Shown: one piece after another, positions 1-9,965 of the stretch | Position numbering within the stretch: position 1 is the stretch's first letter | Layout of the letters: the number at the start of each line of letters is the position of its first letter | From: Acidimicrobiales bacterium | GTDB taxonomy: Bacteria > Actinomycetota > Acidimicrobiia > Acidimicrobiales > SZUA-35 | Direction: 5' to 3' | Assembly: GCA_965216685.1 (NCBI GenBank) | Contig: OZ244195.1 | Span: 657,610-721,609, forward strand | DNA length: 64,000 nucleotides | Translations under genes and position numbers: made by a program | Notes under the pieces: generated by a model | What the model was told of the DNA's origin: nothing | What the model saw: only the letters and a program-made list of their open reading frames with translations | Database searches by the model: none

Positions 1-1
1 C

Positions 2-937
2 AGTTTCGAGATCCTCGAACCTGAACTGTTCGCCGGACTGTCGGCCCTGGTCCCGGTCCAGGATCTCCGTCGGGTCGCTGAGACCCAGGCCGACGCCTTC
101 GCCGGCAACCTGGCCCATGCCCTCCAACGGGAGCCGTTCGCCAAGGGGCTGCTCTGGCGGTGTGTCGTCATCCATGAAGCCGATCAGAGGGTGCGACTGG
201 TCTGGGCCTTCCACCACGGCATATTCGACGGCTTCAGCGCCGGAGTTCTCGACGCCGAGATCCGGAGTATTCTCAAGGGCGACGAACTTCTCGACGCCCA
301 GCCCTACAGCCGGTTCCTGAGCACCGTCACCGCCAACATCGACTGGCCGGCCGAGCTGGAGTCGTTCGACTACACAACCTGGTTGTCGTCGAATCGACCG
401 ACCACGGCAGCGCTGCAGTCCAACGACAATCGCGGTCGGTTGTCCCGCTCACTCGACGGCGAGAACCCGCTTGACGCGGCCCTGACCGCGGCCCACGGCC
501 TGCTCTCGGAGCTGACCGGAAGCCGTCAGGTGGCGGTCGGCTTCGTGGCCAACTGCCGCCGCTGGATGGGCGACGAGTTCTCCAACTGCCTGGGCGAGTT
601 TCTGGACGTCATTCCGGTGCTGCTCCAGGGCGACGGTGATCAGGCAACGGTGGCCCAGCGCACCGCAAGAGCCCAGAACGAGGGCCTGCACTACCTCCAC
701 TCGCTCTTTGAATGGACCGGCGATGACCCCGTGGTAAGTGAACTCCGCAGCGTCTACTGGAACGACCCGGGGTCCCTTGATCTGACGTTGCTCAACTTCC
801 AGGGCTACATCGCCCCCGGTGACCTCCCGGAGGACTCGGCCGACGGGCCGACCCTGGCCGTCGCTCACGTCAACGTCTGGTATGACGACGACCACCTGCA
901 TCTCGAAGTCATCAACGGCCCCACCCCGGGCCGGTGA
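2..937 (+). CDS. NRPS-type condensation (C) domain protein, 5' end cut by window edge
   Basis: Frame 2 is open from the first base. HHxxxDG catalytic motif (AFHHGIFDGFS) at about 212-232. The listed ORF 191..937 is only the Met-initiated tail. Confidence 0.7.
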   Translation, partial: SFEILEPELFAGLSALVPVQDLRRVAETQADAFAGNLAHALQREPFAKGLLWRCVVIHEADQRVRLVWAFHHGIFDGFSAGVLDAEIRSILKGDELLDAQPYSRFLSTVTANIDWPAELESFDYTTWLSSNRPTTAALQSNDNRGRLSRSLDGENPLDAALTAAHGLLSELTGSRQVAVGFVANCRRWMGDEFSNCLGEFLDVIPVLLQGDGDQATVAQRTARAQNEGLHYLHSLFEWTGDDPVVSELRSVYWNDPGSLDLTLLNFQGYIAPGDLPEDSADGPTLAVAHVNVWYDDDHLHLEVINGPTPGR

Positions 938-1001
938 GCATATCAATGGAACAAACCGGCAATAACACCGTCATGTCACGCGAACAATTTGGAGGAAAGC
1001 A

Positions 1002-1967
1002 GTGTCAGACCGGCGTCAACCCATAAGACAACGTGCCCAGCCATACACCAAGTATCTGGATCTGTATCTGATCTTGACCGTTGGATCGGTGTGGCTCCTG
1101 GCTCTAAGCTACGCAATTCTCGGCGACACTGCAGTTGACCTGCTGGGTGAGCTCGATCTCCGCAATCCGGCGGTTATTCTCGTCCTGCACAGTCCGGCGA
1201 TCGCCGCCTTCCTGATCTTCTATCTCTACGACGGCAGCCGGGGCATCAAGAACTTCTTCCGCACACTCGTACCCCGGAAGGCGGATCTGCCCTGGCTCCC
1301 GGTGCTGGCGGCCCTGATGTTGGCCTACATTTTCGTCGTCCGCTACTTGTGCATCGCCTTCGGTATCGACGTGCCCGATGACCCCGAGAGTCCGTGGGAG
1401 ATGCTGTTGACCTTCCTCGAACTCTTCTACAAGGAGGTCGGGATGGTGGCCATCACCATTGGCTGGTTCGGCTTCTACCTGCCTCTTTTCCACCGCATCA
1501 CCAACAGTCACGTGTGGTCCGGTATCGCCACCGGGTTCGGTATCGGCATGTTCGTGGCCCCTGGCAACCTGTTCGCCTCGTTCGAGCTGGCGACGGCGTG
1601 GCCGATCTACGTCTCCCAGCTCAGCATATTGGGGATCGGCATGAGCTTGCTGCTCAGCCGGATGAAGGGCAACGTTCTGTTCTTCCTGATTCCGTTCTGG
1701 GTCTCAGCCTCGGGAAGTGCCATGAGACTCTACTATTTCGAGCGACCGACCCAGCTGGTGCAGATCTCGCTGTTCAGCATCTTCGTCGTCGCCCTCTACT
1801 TCTATCTCAAGAGGGAAGGCAACGGGGAGTTGGAGAACGAGCCACACCTTTGGCCCGAGTACTTCGAGAACGAGTACACCACTCGGAAGAATGCCCCGAT
1901 CCCCGGCGAAGGCGACAGGAGCAAGACATTCGAGATCCATGAGAAGGCTGTCTCCGAGTCATCATAA
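1002..1967 (+). CDS. polytopic membrane protein, unknown function
   Basis: GTG start 6 nt after GGAGGA. About 8 hydrophobic segments. No motif I can name. Confidence 0.55.
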   Translation: MSDRRQPIRQRAQPYTKYLDLYLILTVGSVWLLALSYAILGDTAVDLLGELDLRNPAVILVLHSPAIAAFLIFYLYDGSRGIKNFFRTLVPRKADLPWLPVLAALMLAYIFVVRYLCIAFGIDVPDDPESPWEMLLTFLELFYKEVGMVAITIGWFGFYLPLFHRITNSHVWSGIATGFGIGMFVAPGNLFASFELATAWPIYVSQLSILGIGMSLLLSRMKGNVLFFLIPFWVSASGSAMRLYYFERPTQLVQISLFSIFVVALYFYLKREGNGELENEPHLWPEYFENEYTTRKNAPIPGEGDRSKTFEIHEKAVSESS

Positions 1968-1985
1968 AAAAGCGAAAGAATTCCG

Positions 1986-2717
1986 TTGAGTTCATCGATT
2001 TACTGGAATGTGCGTCCGTCCAGTACCGGCCGCCAGATCATCATGTTCCCGTTTCTGGGAGGATTCGGTTCGTCCTACAATCGCCTGGTCAAGGAGCTGA
2101 GCGGGGATTGGGACGTCTGGACCGTGAACCCGCCGGGCCACGGTCCGTCTTCACGACCGCCGTACCGCCGACTCACCCCGTTGGTCAATTGCTACCTGGA
2201 CGGACTGAATCCGGTGCTCAAGCCGGGGGCTCTGTTCTTCGGTCACAGCATGGGAGGCGTGATCGCCTACCACGTTCTGCTGGCCATGGGCGGCCAACCG
2301 ATGTTCGGTCGTCGCCAGCCGACCGACCTGGTGATTTCGGCGTCGTGCGCACCGAGGGATCTACGGGTGGCCGGTGTGGCCGAACTCCCGGAGCCGGAGC
2401 TGCTCGATCACCTGTTGAGTTTTGGCATGATCCCCAGCGAGGTGGTGGCCGACCGGTCGCTCATCGACCTCTTCCTCCCGGCCATACGGGCCGACTACGA
2501 GGTCCTTGAAGATGTCAAGCAGATGGCGCCGGTGCAGTTGGATGTACCGACCCGGCTGGTGCTCGGAGAGCTGGATCCACTCACTCCGGCCGGCACGGCG
2601 CAGGCTTGGCAGGACTACCTGGCCGAGCCGATTCAGGTCCACGTGCTGGAGCGGGAGGGACACATGTTCGTGTTGGAAGCCGTCGACTCGCTGAACAAGA
2701 TCCTGATCGATGGCTGA
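1986..2717 (+). CDS. type II thioesterase (alpha/beta hydrolase)
   Basis: GHSMGG nucleophile elbow, N-terminal FPFLGG, about 240 aa, NRPS/PKS context. Confidence 0.8.
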   Translation: MSSSIYWNVRPSSTGRQIIMFPFLGGFGSSYNRLVKELSGDWDVWTVNPPGHGPSSRPPYRRLTPLVNCYLDGLNPVLKPGALFFGHSMGGVIAYHVLLAMGGQPMFGRRQPTDLVISASCAPRDLRVAGVAELPEPELLDHLLSFGMIPSEVVADRSLIDLFLPAIRADYEVLEDVKQMAPVQLDVPTRLVLGELDPLTPAGTAQAWQDYLAEPIQVHVLEREGHMFVLEAVDSLNKILIDG

Positions 2718-2768
2718 CGGTGAACCCTATTCACCCGACGCCTCCCGCCACGGCGAGGTGACGGGCTG

Positions 2769-4118
2769 ATGGAGACCCGAGAGCCGACTGAGCAGGTCCC
2801 GTCCGAGGCCGATGTGGCCCGCAACTTCCGCTGGTTCCTGATCATCTGGGTGGCCCAGATGGTGGCCCGCATCGGCAACGGTCTGACCGCGTTCGGACTG
2901 GCGGTCTACGTCTATCAGCTCACCGGTTTGAGCACCTCGGTGGCCGCCGTCACCATGGCCGCATTCCTGCCGGCGTTCCTACTGGGTCCATTGGGTGGTG
3001 TTCTGGCCGACCGTTACGACCGCCGGCTGTTGATGATCCTGGGTGACACCATGTCGGCCATCGGGCTGGTCTTCCTCCTGGTGGCCTTTCGGGGCGGTTT
3101 CGCCAACCTGACCGTGATCTGCCTGGGGGTGGCCTTCAGTTCGATCTTCGGCTCCGTCATGGATCCGGCCTACCGGGCAACGGTCACCGATCTGTTGACC
3201 CCGGAGCAGTACTCGCGAGCCGGCGGTCTGGTTCAGTTGGCGTCGGCGTCCCAGTTCCTCATCTCCCCGGCCTTGGCCGGATTCCTGCTGGCCCGGTATG
3301 GCATCTCGACCATCATCGTCATCGACATCGCCACCATGGTCGTGACCATCGGGGCCATGGCCGTCGTGTGGCGAGGGGTGACCGGAGAACGACGAGTCCA
3401 GGAAACCGGCATGTGGGCCGACTTCCGAGTCGGGGTCCGGTTTCTCACTGACAACCAGGGCATCACCGTCTTGATGCTCCTGGTCACGTTGGTCACCTTC
3501 TGCATGGGCTTCCTGCAAACACTCCTGACTCCGATGATGCTTGATCTAACCAGCGAACAGGTGCTGGGGGTCGTGCGATCGGCCGCCGCGGTGGGGATGA
3601 TAATTTCGAGTTTGGCCATCGGTATTTTAAGCTTGGGTAACCGCCACCTCGCCTATATGGCAGTGGCCCTGACAGCTAACGGTGTTCTGGTATTTCTCAT
3701 GGGAGCAACGGTCAATGTGGTACTGATCGGGGTATTCACGTTCGCCTTCTTTATGACGCTCCCGATCCTGAATGTCAGCGTCGAGGTACTGGCCCGATCG
3801 GCAATTCCCAACGAAATGCAGGGCAAGGTATGGGGTCTCATGGGCCTCGTGTCCCAGATCGGCTACATCGTGGCCTACGCCGTTTCCGGCCTGCTGGCCG
3901 ACTATGTCTTCAACCCGCTGTTGGTGGCTGGCGGCGCACTGGCCGACAGCGTCGGGCAGCTCACCGGAGTCGGGCCGTCCCGAGGGATCGGCTTGATGTT
4001 CATGACGGTCGGGGTGATCCTGCCGATCATCGCCTTCGTGATCCCCCGGGTCGAGAGCATCAAAGCGCTGGAAGTGAATCTGGTCAAGCAAATGGTGAAG
4101 GTCGGAGAAGGGGCCTAG
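2769..4118 (+). CDS. MFS transporter (EntS/MFS_3-like exporter)
   Basis: About 12 TM segments. GPLGGVLADRYDRR loop motif typical of MFS. Confidence 0.8.
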   Translation: METREPTEQVPSEADVARNFRWFLIIWVAQMVARIGNGLTAFGLAVYVYQLTGLSTSVAAVTMAAFLPAFLLGPLGGVLADRYDRRLLMILGDTMSAIGLVFLLVAFRGGFANLTVICLGVAFSSIFGSVMDPAYRATVTDLLTPEQYSRAGGLVQLASASQFLISPALAGFLLARYGISTIIVIDIATMVVTIGAMAVVWRGVTGERRVQETGMWADFRVGVRFLTDNQGITVLMLLVTLVTFCMGFLQTLLTPMMLDLTSEQVLGVVRSAAAVGMIISSLAIGILSLGNRHLAYMAVALTANGVLVFLMGATVNVVLIGVFTFAFFMTLPILNVSVEVLARSAIPNEMQGKVWGLMGLVSQIGYIVAYAVSGLLADYVFNPLLVAGGALADSVGQLTGVGPSRGIGLMFMTVGVILPIIAFVIPRVESIKALEVNLVKQMVKVGEGA

Positions 4119-4122
4119 TTAC

Positions 4123-4611
4123 ATGTGGATTGTTGCCATCATCGGGGCGGGGATACTCACTGCCACCATCCAACTGTTGTTCCAGGGGTTCGACACCGGA
4201 TACGAACACATCATGGAGACGTACCTGCTGCACCAGTTCGCGGTGTCGCACGGCATCATCGCCGTTGGTGGATTCATCATCAATGTCCTGCAGGCCGACC
4301 GCACGGCCGAGCGGTTGGGATGGCCCGGCGGGCCGTTCCAGATCAAGTACGGATTCGCTCAGGTTGGCCTGGGCGTCATGGGGGTCATGTCAATATGGTT
4401 CCGGGGAAATTTCTGGGTCGGAACGTTGGTCACGCTCTACATATACGGCCTCAGCGGCCTCTGGACGCACACCATGGAACTACGGCGTAAACAACGGGAA
4501 GGTGGCTCGACTGATTGGATCGAGCTAGGCAATATAGTGCTAGACGTGATCTATCACATTGTGTTGACATGGATGTCGCTACAGATTCCCGGAGTATGGA
4601 GCCTGCAATGA
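4123..4611 (+). CDS. small integral membrane protein
   Basis: 162 aa with 4-5 hydrophobic helices. Stop overlaps the next start (ATGA). Confidence 0.5.
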   Translation: MWIVAIIGAGILTATIQLLFQGFDTGYEHIMETYLLHQFAVSHGIIAVGGFIINVLQADRTAERLGWPGGPFQIKYGFAQVGLGVMGVMSIWFRGNFWVGTLVTLYIYGLSGLWTHTMELRRKQREGGSTDWIELGNIVLDVIYHIVLTWMSLQIPGVWSLQ

Positions 4612-7010
4612 GCGACCGAAACTCGCTGCTCACCCGCCACGCCATCAACGATCTGGTCAGGAACAAAGGAGTCAATGCCGCCCTGCTGGTGGTGTTGACC
4701 CTGAGCGCCTTCCTGATGGCCACCGGAGCCATGGTCATGGAACGTCTGATCGGATCGGTCGATCAGCTTTTCGAACAGGCCCAACCGCCGCACTACCTGC
4801 AGATGCACAAGGGGGAGTACGATGCAGCCGCGCTCGATCAGTTCGCGGCCGACAACCCCGAGATCGCCACCTGGCTGATCGAGGACATGCTGGGCTACGA
4901 CAGCGCGGCCATCTCCTGGGACCGACCGTCAACCGGCGAGTCGGGTGATCTGGCCGAGAGCCTGATCGACAATCTCTTCGTGTCACAGAATCAGGAGTTC
5001 GACTTCCTGATCGATGAGACCGGGGTCATTCCCGAGCCCGGACCGGGCGAAATCTACGTACCCGTGGCCTACAAGCAGCAGTTTGATCTCCAGATCGGCG
5101 ACCGTCTGGGAGTGAGGACCGACAGCGGCATCCAGTACTTCGACACCAAGGGCTTTGTCCGCGATTCCCAGATGGCATCCTCGCTGTCGTCGGCCACCCG
5201 GTTCCTCATCTCTCCCGAGGACTTCGCCACCCTGGAGACGGCCGGGGGCGGGGCGTCGGAGATCATCGTCGAGTACCGGTTGACCGACACCTCGCTCACC
5301 TCAACCGTGCAGACGGCCTATGAATCAAATCAGGATCTCCCGAAGAACGGGCAAGCGGTTACCTATCAGCAGATCCGGCTCATCAACGCCTTCAGCGACG
5401 GTCTGGTGGCGCTGGCCCTGATATTCGTCAGCTTCCTGGTGATCGCCATCGCCATGCTCAACCTCCGATTCGTCATCCGGGGGACACTGGAAGATGAAGT
5501 GCGGGAGATCGGGGTGATGAAAGCCATCGGCATCCCCAACAAGAACATCAGCCGGCTGTACCTGTCGAAATACGCCATCTTGACCCTGGTCGGTTGCATC
5601 ATCGGCGGGCTCCTGGCCGTAGCCGCCACCAGCTACCTCACCCGCAGCGTCCAGGCCAACTACGCCGCTGCCGAGTACGGATTGTCCACCATCATCGTTC
5701 CGCTGCTGGCGTTGGCGCTGGTCTTCGGCTTTGTTGTGGCCATGTGCTGGAACTCCCTGCGGGCGGTGCGCCGGATCCAGGTGGTGAACGCCCTGGTCCA
5801 CGGCAGCACTCTCGATGAGAAGCAGACCCGACGCCAGGCCAAGCGGCAGGCCAAGCGGGCCCGTCGGGCCAACCTGGCCGGTGCCGGCGCCGACAACATG
5901 AACCGTCGTCTGGCCTTCCTCGATCTGCTGGCTGAACGCAAACAGTGGATCCTGATTCCCATCGTCTTCTTTCTCGCCGCCGTTCTCATGGTGCTGCCCA
6001 CCAACCTGCTCAGTACGTTCCAGAGTCCTCGCTTCGTCACCTACATGGGTGCACCGGAAACCGATGTGCGGGCCGATCTCCAGTTCTCGGAAGACGTCGA
6101 CTCGGTACGCAACGACATGCTGGCCGCTCTTGATGGCGATGACCGGGTTGCCGACATCCGGGTGTACGCCAACGTCTTGTATGAGACTCCGGGCGAAGAG
6201 GGTTGGGAGATCCTCCGGGTCGAGGTGGGCGACTACTCGACGGGAACCATCGAATTCAGTGACGGCCAACCGCCGGGCGACGGTGAGATCGCCCTGTCGG
6301 TGGCCAACGCCAACAAGTACGGATTGTCGCCGGGCGACGAGATGAGCATCCGTCAAGCCGGGCAGGAATCCTCGGTGACGGTGAGCGGCGTCTACCAGGA
6401 TGTGACCAGCGGTGGTTTCACCTCGAAGATGCAGGGTGAGGTCACCTCGGGAGCCGTTGGTTATGTGATCTACGCCGATCTGGGCGAAGGGAACGACCCG
6501 TCGGTGGTGGCGGCGGAGTACAACGAGCGGTTCCCGGCCGCGGCCGTCATTCCCATGCAGGAATACGTGCAGCAGACGCTGGCCTACGTCACCGACGCCT
6601 TCCGTAGCGCTGCCATCCTGTCGACATTGTTCGGGGTCGGGGTGGCACTGCTGATCATCAGTCTCTTCCTCAAACTTCGCCTGACCAAGGATCGGGTCAA
6701 GATCGGTGTCCTGTCGGCCATCGGCTTCTCGTCGGATGAGATCATCAGGCAGACGAAATTCAAAGTTGTCCTGGTGGCAGCCCTGGGCACGCTGCTGGGC
6801 GTATTGTTCGCGGCGACGATCGGAGAGTCCCTGGTGGGAGGAATGATCGCCCTTGTCGGGTTGGGGATCGAGAATCTCGACTTCATCCCGTCACCGCTGA
6901 TTGTGTACGTCCTTTACCCGCTGCTGTTGATTGCCGCCGGGTATCTGGGCGCCGTGTTCCTAACCGCAGGTCTACGTGACCCGGACAAGAGCAGTTGGTT
7001 GAAAGAATGA
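4608..7010 (+). CDS. ABC transporter permease, MacB/FtsX type (two FtsX modules)
   Basis: Likely start is ATG 4608 (MSDRNSLL) in an ATGA overlap. Two 4-TM FtsX-like modules, each preceded by a large extracytoplasmic region. Confidence 0.8.
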   Translation: MSDRNSLLTRHAINDLVRNKGVNAALLVVLTLSAFLMATGAMVMERLIGSVDQLFEQAQPPHYLQMHKGEYDAAALDQFAADNPEIATWLIEDMLGYDSAAISWDRPSTGESGDLAESLIDNLFVSQNQEFDFLIDETGVIPEPGPGEIYVPVAYKQQFDLQIGDRLGVRTDSGIQYFDTKGFVRDSQMASSLSSATRFLISPEDFATLETAGGGASEIIVEYRLTDTSLTSTVQTAYESNQDLPKNGQAVTYQQIRLINAFSDGLVALALIFVSFLVIAIAMLNLRFVIRGTLEDEVREIGVMKAIGIPNKNISRLYLSKYAILTLVGCIIGGLLAVAATSYLTRSVQANYAAAEYGLSTIIVPLLALALVFGFVVAMCWNSLRAVRRIQVVNALVHGSTLDEKQTRRQAKRQAKRARRANLAGAGADNMNRRLAFLDLLAERKQWILIPIVFFLAAVLMVLPTNLLSTFQSPRFVTYMGAPETDVRADLQFSEDVDSVRNDMLAALDGDDRVADIRVYANVLYETPGEEGWEILRVEVGDYSTGTIEFSDGQPPGDGEIALSVANANKYGLSPGDEMSIRQAGQESSVTVSGVYQDVTSGGFTSKMQGEVTSGAVGYVIYADLGEGNDPSVVAAEYNERFPAAAVIPMQEYVQQTLAYVTDAFRSAAILSTLFGVGVALLIISLFLKLRLTKDRVKIGVLSAIGFSSDEIIRQTKFKVVLVAALGTLLGVLFAATIGESLVGGMIALVGLGIENLDFIPSPLIVYVLYPLLLIAAGYLGAVFLTAGLRDPDKSSWLKE

Positions 7011-7792
7011 GAGACGACATGTCATCGCCAAACAATGATTCCATGCTCGAGTCGAATGACTTGACCAAAACCTACTACTCGACGGAGCCACCAACCCAGG
7101 TGCTCAACGGGATAGATCTAACGGTGGAGCGGGGCGAGTTCCTGGTGGTGATGGGAGCCTCTGGTTCAGGAAAGTCGACACTGCTCTACTGCATCAGCGG
7201 TATGGATCGGCCGACCAGTGGATCGGTGACGATGAATGGACGAGACCTCACCGCCCTCAGCGATGAGGAAATGAGCCACGTTCGACTGACGCAGATGGGT
7301 TTCATCTTTCAGCAGGGATACTTTCTGAGCAACTTGAACATCCGCGACAATATTCTGCTCCCGGCGCTCAAGGCAACTCCCAAGCAGAAGGATGCCGTGA
7401 TGGACCGAGTCGATGCCGTCATGGAACGATTTGGCATCGATCATGTCAAGCAACACGGCATCACCGAGGTATCGGGCGGGCAGCTGCAGCGAGCCTCCAT
7501 CTGCCGCGCCCTGGCATCCGAACCGGCCATTCTGTTTGCTGATGAGCCGACAGGTGCTCTGAACAGCAGCATGTCGGGCGAGGTCATGGATGCTCTGACC
7601 AACGTCCACCACGGCGGGACAACCCTGGTCATGGTGACCCATGATCCGGCCTGTGCAGCCCGAGGAAGCAGGGTGGTCTACCTCCGCGACGGACTTCTAC
7701 TCGATTCGCGGGACTTTGGCCTGTGGACCGAAGATCAGGCAGCAAAACGAGAAGACGCGCTAATTGGTTGGCTCAAAGGTATGGGTTTTTAG
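7007..7792 (+). CDS. ABC transporter ATP-binding protein (MacB/LolD-like)
   Basis: Walker A GASGSGKST, signature SGGQLQR, Walker B ILFADEPT. ATGA overlap with the permease stop. Confidence 0.9.
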   Translation: MRDDMSSPNNDSMLESNDLTKTYYSTEPPTQVLNGIDLTVERGEFLVVMGASGSGKSTLLYCISGMDRPTSGSVTMNGRDLTALSDEEMSHVRLTQMGFIFQQGYFLSNLNIRDNILLPALKATPKQKDAVMDRVDAVMERFGIDHVKQHGITEVSGGQLQRASICRALASEPAILFADEPTGALNSSMSGEVMDALTNVHHGGTTLVMVTHDPACAARGSRVVYLRDGLLLDSRDFGLWTEDQAAKREDALIGWLKGMGF

Positions 7793-7843
7793 TCATATGT
7801 AGCAGGAGATACACAGTACAAACACGGCTAATGGTGGGAATCC

Positions 7844-8107
7844 ATGCCGTCACAACCAAAGGGATTAGTGGTGACACAAGTAGAGTTTAAGAAGAAACTG
7901 GCGGAGTTCACTTCCAAAGGTGAAGATGAGTTTGCCATGTCCGATGACCTTCTGGATATCGATCTCGACTCACTCGGTATCTACGAATTCTTGATGGAAA
8001 TCGAAGATACGGTCGGCCAGGATGTGGACGTATCCGAATCGGTAACCACCGTGCAGGACCTCTACGATCTGGTCTTGACATCCTCCGGTACATCGTCTGG
8101 CGCGTAG
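7844..8107 (+). CDS. acyl carrier protein
   Basis: 87 aa, acidic, with the DSLGIYEF phosphopantetheine-attachment motif. Local GC is about 45-50% by direct count. Confidence 0.75.
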   Translation: MPSQPKGLVVTQVEFKKKLAEFTSKGEDEFAMSDDLLDIDLDSLGIYEFLMEIEDTVGQDVDVSESVTTVQDLYDLVLTSSGTSSGA

Positions 8108-8108
8108 C

Positions 8109-9347
8109 ATGACCGCCTCCCAGACCTCCGATGAGGTGGTCGTCACCGGGATGGGCGTGATCAGCCCCATCGGCCACGACGTGTCGAGCTTCGAGGCGAA
8201 TCTCTTTGCCGGCCGCCACGGCATCGTCCCCATCGACCACTTCGACACCTCCGACATCGCCGTCAAACTCTACGCTCCGGTGGGTCACATGAAGGCGGCC
8301 GAGGCCTTCACCCCCTCCGAGCTACGGCGTTTCGATGAATACAGCCTCTTCGGCCTGCTGGCCGCCCGCCAGGCCATCGAGGAGTCCGATGTCCTCGGTT
8401 CGGTCGATCCGTACCGGCTCAGTGTCTTCATGAGTACTGGGCTCGGCGGTGTCTACACCTCCATGCGGGAGTTCGAGAAGATGCAGGATTCGGGGCCCCG
8501 GAAGGTGTCGCCTCTGCTCATTCCCAATTGGATCGCCAACATGTTGTCGGGCATCATCTCCATCGAGATCGGAGCTCAGGGTCCCTCCTATGCTCACGTG
8601 GCAGCCTGCGCCTCCAGTGCAACCAGCATCGGCGAAGGCATGCGGGCCATCCGCCACGGCTACGCCGATGTTGTCGTGTGTGGCGGTGCCGAGGCTCTGA
8701 CCCACAAGCTGGCCATGGCCGGGTTCCAGAATCTGCGGGCCCTGACCAGCAGCGCTGACCCTGATCGAGCCAGTATCCCCTTCGACCAGGAGCGATCGGG
8801 CTTCGTGATGGGCGAAGGGGCGGCCGCCCTGATCCTGGAAAGTCGGAGCCACGCCGAGGCCCGGGGGGCCACCATCCACGCCACCATCGCCGGCTATGGC
8901 ATGACCAGCGACGCCCACCACATCACCGCACCGGCCGACGACGGCGTGGCCGGGGAACGAGCCATGCTCGACGCTCTGGCCGAAGCCGGCGAGAGGGACG
9001 GCAAGTACTACGTCAACGCCCACGGCACCAGCACGGTGAAGAACGACCGGTCCGAGGCCGGCATCATCAGCCGGGCACTGGGTGACCGGGCGCTGGTTTC
9101 GTCGACCAAATCGATGACCGGTCACCTCATCGGTGCCGCCGGGGCGGTGGAGGCCATTGCCTGTGTTCTGGCCCTGCAGCAACAGATCGTGCCGCCCACC
9201 GCCGGTACCGAAACCATCGACAGTGACATGACGATAGATGTGGTCCGGGGCGAGGCCCGACCGGCGGAGTTCGCTCGGGCCGTTTCGTTGTCCCTGGGCT
9301 TCGGGGGGCACAATGTCAGCTTGGTGATCGACGCCGCCGAGGTGTGA
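8109..9347 (+). CDS. beta-ketoacyl-ACP synthase II family (FabF-like KS)
   Basis: Active-site Cys in AACASSATS. His motifs HITAP and NAHGTST. GHLIGAAG near the C-terminus. Confidence 0.9.
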   Translation: MTASQTSDEVVVTGMGVISPIGHDVSSFEANLFAGRHGIVPIDHFDTSDIAVKLYAPVGHMKAAEAFTPSELRRFDEYSLFGLLAARQAIEESDVLGSVDPYRLSVFMSTGLGGVYTSMREFEKMQDSGPRKVSPLLIPNWIANMLSGIISIEIGAQGPSYAHVAACASSATSIGEGMRAIRHGYADVVVCGGAEALTHKLAMAGFQNLRALTSSADPDRASIPFDQERSGFVMGEGAAALILESRSHAEARGATIHATIAGYGMTSDAHHITAPADDGVAGERAMLDALAEAGERDGKYYVNAHGTSTVKNDRSEAGIISRALGDRALVSSTKSMTGHLIGAAGAVEAIACVLALQQQIVPPTAGTETIDSDMTIDVVRGEARPAEFARAVSLSLGFGGHNVSLVIDAAEV

Positions 9348-9964
9348 TCGAGCTGGCCGTCGCCCACTCGAACGGCCTGAGCCGGGCCGCCATCGACCGG
9401 CTTCGGGCCGCCCTCCCCAGCGAACGACGGCACAAGAGCAGCTCCTACCCTCACCAGTCAGACCGCGACGCCTCTGTCGTCACCTTCGCCCTGCTGCAAC
9501 GGCTGTGGCGGGAGCGAGACGGTGGACCGTTGCCCGACGTCGTGGCCGGGAACGGGGGCAAACCGACGTTCGCCGGAAACGAGGACCGTTACTTCAACCT
9601 GTCGCACGATCCCCCCATCTGCGTGTGCGTGCTGGCCCCGGCGCCGGTGGGGGTGGATGTGCAGACCAGAGTGCCGTTCGACGATGCTCTCTTCGATCGC
9701 ATCGCCTCCCCGAACGAGCGCGAACTGCGGGAGCAGTTCCGGCGATCCGATGACCTGAGCGCGCTGTGGACCGGCAAGGAGGCGATCATGAAGCGCTCGG
9801 GCCAGGGCCTGTCGTGCTCACCCCGGCACATCGACACCGTTGCCGCCACCGACATCGTGACGTTGCGGGAGGGCGCCGCCACCATCAGCGTCAGCGTCCA
9901 GGGAATGTCGGCCGACGAGGTGCTGGCCGAACTGCGAATCCGTCACCCACAACTCATCCCCTGA
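9344..9964 (+). CDS. 4'-phosphopantetheinyl transferase (Sfp type)
   Basis: GTGA overlap with the KAS stop. Motifs FNLSHD, VGVDVQ, WTGKEAIMK. Confidence 0.8.
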   Translation: MIELAVAHSNGLSRAAIDRLRAALPSERRHKSSSYPHQSDRDASVVTFALLQRLWRERDGGPLPDVVAGNGGKPTFAGNEDRYFNLSHDPPICVCVLAPAPVGVDVQTRVPFDDALFDRIASPNERELREQFRRSDDLSALWTGKEAIMKRSGQGLSCSPRHIDTVAATDIVTLREGAATISVSVQGMSADEVLAELRIRHPQLIP

Positions 9965-9965
9965 C

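Noticed and set aside
946-1026. A 26-codon ORF (MEQTGNNTVMSREQFGGKQCQTGVNP) between the C-domain gene and the membrane protein, considered as a RiPP or leader peptide.
   Set aside because: It overlaps the GGAGGA-GTG start region of the next gene, has no supporting RBS of its own, and has no repeat or core-peptide features.
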